A stretch of DNA of 64,000 nucleotides from a virus. Lineage: Duplodnaviria; Caudoviricetes. Shown here in pieces: positions 58,235-64,000 of this stretch (the stretch's first letter is position 1; each line of letters starts with the position of its first letter). The notes beneath the pieces are model-generated. The model made no database searches and was not told the DNA's origin. It was given only the letters and a program-made list of their open reading frames with translations. The position numbers were made by a program, and so were the translations under genes. The DNA lies in IMG/VR virus record IMGVR_UViG_3300031994_000020. One strand, written 5' to 3'.

Positions 58235-61200
58235 TTATTCATCATAATCTTCTTCCAATGCGCCGGTAGCTGTAACTCTCTCATGTTGAAGTTTAATTTC
58301 ATCTCCAACTATATCAATTATTTTATAAAGTTGATGAGTCATTGTTGCTTGATAAGTCTTACCGACAAACTGATCATCGCGTCTGTATCCAGTAACCATT
58401 AACATTGTACCTCTTTTAAACCAGCTCTTTTCCAAAACCTTTTTAGTTCCATCAGGTTGTACTTGACTTACTTGACGTTTAAACATTGCATAATAATCTT
58501 TAGTAAATTTAACCGCTACTACACCAGATGTTGTTAAAAGAGATACTATATGATGATTATCATCCTTTGCTATTACAGTTCCTGCAATTCTATATAATTT
58601 ATAAATAGGAATCTGTACGCCACCTCTTTTTATAAAATAATCTACTTCATTAGATTTTAATTCATTAAAATCTGCTAAATCATATTTTTTATTATCAATA
58701 TTTATTAATTCATGCGGTCCATGGTAGAAACATAGTGAGTCCATTTCCCAGTGGGACTGGGTCCCCGCCGCATATTTTTCCCATGTTTCCATAAACAGCA
58801 TATCATTTAACTTCATTAATGTTTCATTTTGATTTTCTTTAAGCCATTCTCTTGCTTTATCCATAATTAACTGATACTTATTATCCCAAACTTTACAAGG
58901 AATGAACATATTTCCATTTTCATCAAAAGAAATCTCATCTATCATTTCAGTTAAATGCTTTTCTAAAAATTTGTATCCTACATCATTTATTACATAATTT
59001 GTAAGATTTCTTTTACTTATTGCTTTAAGATATTTATTAAAGTTAAAAACTCTAATTTGTAATTCTAATTCTTTAGGAATTAAATTATGTTGTACTAATC
59101 CATTAAAATTCTGCAAAGTTAATTTTTTCTTAGGCTCGCATACTTTAGATATATAATATGCCATTATTTCTTTTCTACTATGCAATATTTCTTCTACCTC
59201 ATCAAAAGCACCAGCTTTGATTAAATTAAACATTGCTGTCTTTGTTAAAGGACATCTTATCATAAAATCTTTAATTCCTTTATATGGTCTCCCGCCCTTT
59301 ATCTTTTCTATTGTTTCTGTGTTTATATTGCTTAATGCTTTAAGACCATACAATATACGATTATTCTCAATATCTGGTTTAAATCCATAATCAGACTCAT
59401 TTATATTTACAAGAGATACATTAATGCCTTTTGAAGTTATATCTCCAATAGCCTTTGCTAATTTTGCATAATCTGTACCTTTTTCTTTTTTCTCTACATC
59501 AAAATCGTCTTCTTCTTCAAGACTGCCGCTATTTACTATCAAACATGCAGTATCCCAATATATAGGATCCCAATGAGTTGCAAGATATGCGGTCTGATAC
59601 CCAATGAATGAGTATGCAAGTGCATGAATCACACTAAAAGAGTAACCCATCTGAGGACCAATTCCGCAGTTCCAAATATATTTTCCAAGTACGGGAGATG
59701 TTGCTTGTTCCAATACTTGTTTCTTTAATTCAGGGATTTTATTCATTTGCTTTTTACCGACTATTTTTCTTGCGGTATTGGCATCTTTTAATGTAAATCC
59801 ACATATATTTGGATCCATTAACATTTTCATCATTTGCTCTTGGCTTGGTGGAACGCCATAAGAAGATAAAAAGTAAGGTTCAATAACTTTCATTTCTTCT
59901 TTTGTCAAACCTGCTAAAGACATTTCACTATACCATAAACTAATGTTATTCTTAAATCTTATATACTTCTCCATAGGAGTTTCAGCACCTTTTTCTGAAG
60001 TCATAAGACGCATCAAACCATTGGCATCCGCTAATTCTAACATAGTTCCTGGTTTAATTTTCTTTGCCGCCTGACTACCTATATCACTATCAAATTGAAA
60101 GATATTCAAAATATTTCCTTCTTGAATATTTGTCCATACATCTTTATCTTCAATATCTAATACATCTGGATGGAAATATTTATTATAAACTTCTCTTAAA
60201 GATAAATTATCTTCTATTTCACCATTCTCTTGTAAAAACTTTATACACTGTGTTATCTTATCTTGTACTTCAGTTAAGAGAAAATCATATTTTGTCATTC
60301 CCGCAGCTTCAGCCATGTGCAGATCATACTGAGTTATTATATCCCCACTCGGTGTCTTCATAAAACAACCAAACTCATATGGATCTTCATCAAACATAAT
60401 TACACCTGATGCGTGACTTCCGCGACGGCTAATAAGTCCTTCAATACCTTGCATTATTTCCAATAATCCAGGATATTGATTCACCTCATAAATGAACATT
60501 TGAACAGGCTCTCTACCTTTTTCTTTATTTCCATTTATGACTTCATCAAGACTCCAAAGAAAACCTCTTTCACTTGGTACTAAACTTGATAAATACTGTG
60601 CTATATCATTATCAATTCCATTAGGATATTCTTCACTTCTATATCCGCGGCAAGCGGTTTGAATCGTAGATTTTGTTGTTTCAGTTCCAAAAGTTGCTAC
60701 AAGAGTACATCCTAAATTTTTACGAGATATATCATCTATATCTTCTTTAAAATTCTTTCCACGCTCTTCTTTTATTTTTTGAATGATAAGCGGGCGCTTT
60801 GATGGACACAAATCTAAGTCAATATCGCCAAGCTCGGTTCTGTCTTTATTAAGATAACGCCAGAATGGTAAGTCCCACTTTATAGGATCCAACTGAGTAA
60901 TCCCAAGAAGATAATGATTCAGACCAGAGCAACTTGAGCCACGTCCCGCACCTACCATACTTCCGCATTCCCAAAACATATCAATATAATGTTGAAGCGT
61001 GATAGGATAAGAAAACATATTAGTTCCCAATTTCTCACCTATTGTTTTCTTTATATCAGCTTCTTCTTCAAGTCGAGAAAGATATTCATCTGTTCCAAGA
61101 TTCTTTTCTCTTAATTTTTCAATACATTTGTTTACCCAATATCTTTCATATATATCATCAGAATCAAACATACTATTTAATATTGGATAATCATTATGTG

Positions 61201-62191
61201 CTGGATCTCCTTCACGTCCTGCTATCATTCCTTTATGTTTTGGATAATTTTCCACTTCAACACTAGGAATAACTTGTGCATGAGTCAAATCATAAAATTT
61301 TATTTTATCATAAATCTCCATACTATTCTTGCACATTTTTTCATATAAATCAACAATAGAAGGAGTTAAATTCTTTTTAATATCTTCTTCATCCTGAAGA
61401 TAAGCATATTCATAAAAATCATCAACTTCTCGTTCTCCACCCTTACTATTAAGGTATGCTTTATGAACATATCTATCTTCTTTTGTAAGATAATGAGCAT
61501 CTGAGCCAATTACCATTTTAACGCCAAAAACAACAGATAACTCTGCTATCTTTTTATTTACTATTATTTGTTCGCGGGAGGCACCTGGTGCTACTTCAAA
61601 ATAAAAGTCATCACCAAAAACTTCTTTACACCAAAGTACAAAATTTATTATCTGCTGCTTTTTCTGTAAAGAAGTTTCATTATTTCTATCGCCCATCTTC
61701 CGCGCTAATTCCATCTCAAGAACACAGGAACTTAATTCACCACCTATACATGCGGTTGTCGCTATTAAATGACCAGGATTCTTGTTTATTATTCTTTCAA
61801 GATCAGACTTTAATGTAGGTACTCTTTCAAGTCCTCTATCATAATAAGAATTCATCCAAGCTAAAGAAGATAACTCTCTTAACTGACGGTGCCCTTCGCG
61901 ATCTCTAGCTATTAAAATAAAATGAAAATATTTTTGACCAGTTTCTCTCGTATCTGTCAAATATATTTCATTTCCTAATGCTATTTTAAATTCTGGATTC
62001 TCTTCTCTTATTTTCTTTGCTAATATATTTACTTCTATAGAACTAGCTAAACATTCATGATCTGTAATACTAATTCCCGCAAGACCTATATCAATTGCTC
62101 TTTGAATCAGCTTCTCGGGACGATTGATGCTATCGAGAAGTCTTATATTACTATAATGGCTGTGAGAATGGACTTCAAACCGATTAGACAT
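58235..62191 (-). CDS. dnaE: DNA polymerase III alpha subunit (C family)
   Basis: PHP domain (HSHSHYS, ITDHE, SDAHY), GRGS, DIDLD, HASG, KYDFL, YSFSVIH. About 17 Trp, all TGG. Confidence 0.95.
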   Translation of the reverse strand: MSNRFEVHSHSHYSNIRLLDSINRPEKLIQRAIDIGLAGISITDHECLASSIEVNILAKKIREENPEFKIALGNEIYLTDTRETGQKYFHFILIARDREGHRQLRELSSLAWMNSYYDRGLERVPTLKSDLERIINKNPGHLIATTACIGGELSSCVLEMELARKMGDRNNETSLQKKQQIINFVLWCKEVFGDDFYFEVAPGASREQIIVNKKIAELSVVFGVKMVIGSDAHYLTKEDRYVHKAYLNSKGGEREVDDFYEYAYLQDEEDIKKNLTPSIVDLYEKMCKNSMEIYDKIKFYDLTHAQVIPSVEVENYPKHKGMIAGREGDPAHNDYPILNSMFDSDDIYERYWVNKCIEKLREKNLGTDEYLSRLEEEADIKKTIGEKLGTNMFSYPITLQHYIDMFWECGSMVGAGRGSSCSGLNHYLLGITQLDPIKWDLPFWRYLNKDRTELGDIDLDLCPSKRPLIIQKIKEERGKNFKEDIDDISRKNLGCTLVATFGTETTKSTIQTACRGYRSEEYPNGIDNDIAQYLSSLVPSERGFLWSLDEVINGNKEKGREPVQMFIYEVNQYPGLLEIMQGIEGLISRRGSHASGVIMFDEDPYEFGCFMKTPSGDIITQYDLHMAEAAGMTKYDFLLTEVQDKITQCIKFLQENGEIEDNLSLREVYNKYFHPDVLDIEDKDVWTNIQEGNILNIFQFDSDIGSQAAKKIKPGTMLELADANGLMRLMTSEKGAETPMEKYIRFKNNISLWYSEMSLAGLTKEEMKVIEPYFLSSYGVPPSQEQMMKMLMDPNICGFTLKDANTARKIVGKKQMNKIPELKKQVLEQATSPVLGKYIWNCGIGPQMGYSFSVIHALAYSFIGYQTAYLATHWDPIYWDTACLIVNSGSLEEEDDFDVEKKEKGTDYAKLAKAIGDITSKGINVSLVNINESDYGFKPDIENNRILYGLKALSNINTETIEKIKGGRPYKGIKDFMIRCPLTKTAMFNLIKAGAFDEVEEILHSRKEIMAYYISKVCEPKKKLTLQNFNGLVQHNLIPKELELQIRVFNFNKYLKAISKRNLTNYVINDVGYKFLEKHLTEMIDEISFDENGNMFIPCKVWDNKYQLIMDKAREWLKENQNETLMKLNDMLFMETWEKYAAGTQSHWEMDSLCFYHGPHELINIDNKKYDLADFNELKSNEVDYFIKRGGVQIPIYKLYRIAGTVIAKDDNHHIVSLLTTSGVVAVKFTKDYYAMFKRQVSQVQPDGTKKVLEKSWFKRGTMLMVTGYRRDDQFVGKTYQATMTHQLYKIIDIVGDEIKLQHERVTATGALEEDYDE

Positions 62192-62223
62192 ATTTTCACC
62201 TCATAATTTTATTTACTATATAT

Positions 62224-62252
62224 ATTATATCATATTTTTTAATAAAAGTCAA
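62224..62252 (-). promoter_or_regulatory. SigA-type promoter for the polymerase gene
   Basis: TTGACT-17 nt-TATAAT with extended TG. Confidence 0.75.
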
Positions 62253-62264
62253 GCGAAAGATTAT

Positions 62265-62732
62265 TCACCTTCCGCTTATGGGATATTCTAATTCTTTACA
62301 ATTAAAAAATTCTTGCAATGCCCATCTCTCACTGCAAAGATTATTTGGTGTTTCATATATCATAAGAACAATAGTAGGTTCTTCATCATCAAAAGGTCTA
62401 GCAAATTTATTAGCGCAATATTCAAATGCTTTTAAAGTTTTTTCTTTATTTACCAATTTATCGAGTAGCTGTCTATATTCAACCATAGTAGGACAGTAAG
62501 GAGCATTAATTTTACTTTCACATGGACAAATATGAGTTCCATATCGTTGAACTATAAGTGGCTCATACCGAAGCCCGCATACTATTCCTCTTTTGTCTAT
62601 ATAATATTCTTTTCCTTGCGGTGGTCGGTACCAGGCTGGATCAGAGACACAAACTGAAACAGGTATGAGATTAGGAGTGAAATTCCGAATCTGATAGAAA
62701 TAGCTGGTCTTTATTTTTATCATTATATTCAT
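62265..62732 (-). CDS. Hypothetical protein
   Basis: Intact ORF. Confidence 0.6.
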   Translation of the reverse strand: MNIMIKIKTSYFYQIRNFTPNLIPVSVCVSDPAWYRPPQGKEYYIDKRGIVCGLRYEPLIVQRYGTHICPCESKINAPYCPTMVEYRQLLDKLVNKEKTLKAFEYCANKFARPFDDEEPTIVLMIYETPNNLCSERWALQEFFNCKELEYPISGR

Positions 62733-62835
62733 TTATCACTTTCTTTAAAATTTTTTCTGATATCATTTGATAATTTCTTTTATTAAACCAATAGTATTCG
62801 GTCTGTCTTCTACTGGTTCAAAAATAGAGGTTATT

Positions 62836-63105
62836 TCAATTTTCTTCAAGTAATTCCTCCCAATGATAATCTCCGCAATCTTCAATTCTCCAATCATCTA
62901 CAATAATATCACTACATTCTTTAATATCTTCCTTATAACCATCAAGTCGATCAGTTTCTTCATCGGTTAATTCTTCATCATTAACTTCTTTTCTTAAAAG
63001 AGTTTTAAAATCTTTTTCTTCTTCTTCTGTAAAATTAATTTCTCCTTCTCTATGCCCATAACGAAGATATCCACGAATATAATCCATATACATAAAAATT
63101 TTCAT
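62836..63105 (-). CDS. Acidic hypothetical protein
   Basis: Intact ORF; ATGA overlap. Confidence 0.65.
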   Translation of the reverse strand: MKIFMYMDYIRGYLRYGHREGEINFTEEEEKDFKTLLRKEVNDEELTDEETDRLDGYKEDIKECSDIIVDDWRIEDCGDYHWEELLEEN

Positions 63106-63326
63106 ATTATTGTCTCCTCTGTATCTATAGCTGCTTGTATATCTAAACTGTCTCCAGAATCAATATCTTCTATTTCACAAAAAGGTTTATATTCAAATAA
63201 TTGATTTTTAAATTTGAACACTGTTTTACTTTTTCCAAAATCCCCTCCCCATTCAGAACCACTTAAAAAAATTTTTAATTTAGTTCCATCAGGAAGTTCT
63301 TTTATTCTTTCTCTTGTTATTCTCAT
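63102..63326 (-). CDS. Hypothetical protein
   Basis: GAGG RBS before MRITRERIK. Confidence 0.6.
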   Translation of the reverse strand: MRITRERIKELPDGTKLKIFLSGSEWGGDFGKSKTVFKFKNQLFEYKPFCEIEDIDSGDSLDIQAAIDTEETII

Positions 63327-63327
63327 T

Positions 63328-63552
63328 TTAATTACCTCTTTTCTTCCAAGGGTTAACACTTTGCTGGCAGTATTCATGTAGATATTCTAACATTTTATCT
63401 TCCTCGGGGAAGAAAAGATCTATCTGCTTTGTTGCTGCAAGCCAACCAAAAAAGTTTGACATTAACTGACCAAATCTCAAATCTGGAAATGATTCTTTGT
63501 GTACTTTACATAATGTTGCATAAAAATCGTCTAATCTATTAGGATCTCTCAC
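63328..63552 (-). CDS. Conserved phage hypothetical protein (MRDPNR..PDLRFGQL)
   Basis: Recognisable small phage protein pattern. Confidence 0.7.
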   Translation of the reverse strand: MRDPNRLDDFYATLCKVHKESFPDLRFGQLMSNFFGWLAATKQIDLFFPEEDKMLEYLHEYCQQSVNPWKKRGN

Positions 63553-63725
63553 TCTTCCATCTCCTTTACTTCAACTATTTCATATTTAACTCCAGGCTCA
63601 TTTGAACTATATACTTTAATACCTTCGTCTATTTCAGTTAAAAAAATATATGCAGTTAGTAATATTCCAAATAATGTCCCTACTAAAAAGATTACTATTG
63701 ATAATATAATTGATTCTATAGCCAT
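63549..63725 (-). CDS. Small membrane protein (58 aa)
   Basis: MAIESIILSIVIFLVGTLFGILLTAYIFL; GAGGTG RBS; GTGA overlap. Confidence 0.55.
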   Translation of the reverse strand: MAIESIILSIVIFLVGTLFGILLTAYIFLTEIDEGIKVYSSNEPGVKYEIVEVKEMEE

Positions 63726-63735
63726 TTTATTTTCT

Positions 63736-63999
63736 TCACCTCATTAGAACTAGCTTCTGTGATGCTCTAGTCGCAGCTGTGTATAACCATCGTTTATGTT
63801 CTTCTTTATCAAACGGGAATGATTCTTCTAGTACCAAAACCTTATCCCACTCAGAGCCTTGAGCTGCGTGGCATGTTAACGCGTACCCATATGTAATTTG
63901 TCTAGGTAATATATCTCCAATTTTATTTATTAATCTACCTATTTGATAAGATACTCTCCAATCTACACAAGGTTTTTCCTCTAATAAGAAATCTTTATC
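63736..63999 (-). CDS. SF1B (RecD/Dda-like) helicase C-terminus, truncated by the window edge
   Basis: YGYALTCHAAQGSEWDKV..RWLYTAATRA (motifs V and VI). Confidence 0.85.
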   Translation of the reverse strand, partial: DKDFLLEEKPCVDWRVSYQIGRLINKIGDILPRQITYGYALTCHAAQGSEWDKVLVLEESFPFDKEEHKRWLYTAATRASQKLVLMR

Positions 64000-64000
64000 A

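Noticed and set aside
58195-58235. tRNA or suppressor tRNA
   Set aside because: Only a single hairpin (CCAGCTCAGTG/CACTGAGCTGG) after the polymerase stop; no cloverleaf or T-loop.
55327-62191. Introns or inteins in nrdD and dnaE
   Set aside because: Both are continuous ORFs of ordinary length, with no splice or homing-endonuclease motifs noticed.
404-62499. Short antisense or alternate-frame ORFs in the track (e.g. 404, 13329, 22975, 42954, 57161, 60064)
   Set aside because: They are shadows of longer genes or repeats, with no RBS or recognisable motifs.
2-64000. General TGA to Trp (code 4)
   Set aside because: TGA ends many genes, including ATGA overlaps at 1183, 29345 and 32985. Only one internal TGA was found (48825).

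Overview
This is about 64 kb of an AT-rich tailed (siphovirus-like) phage genome. The AGGAGG RBSs and SigA-type promoters suggest a Firmicutes host, and the anaerobic NrdD suggests an anaerobe. Bases 1-52716 (+) hold packaging, head, tail, holin-like and tail-fibre genes, a RuvC-like resolvase and an accessory cassette. Bases 52757-64000 (-) hold replication and nucleotide genes: GT2, dUTPase, NrdD, Pol III alpha and a RecD/Dda-like helicase end. Main result: the + strand ORF track is fragmented because TAG is not a stop. Reading through TAG joins same-frame fragments into full-length genes with RBSs and ATGA overlaps, and no gene in the window ends at TAG. The amino acid is Trp, not the Gln of known code-15 phages. 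TAG and TGG alternate at the same columns of internal repeats and paralogous segments, and TAG sits at conserved Trp motifs. TAG use is structured: nearly absent from replication genes and high-copy virion proteins, and dense in low-copy morphogenesis and baseplate genes. No suppressor tRNA or other decoding machinery was seen. Also found: a recurrent candidate late-promoter motif, an over-represented TGCGG/CCGCA pentamer, and a modular tail-fibre/LRR region with recombination relics. All counts are by hand.
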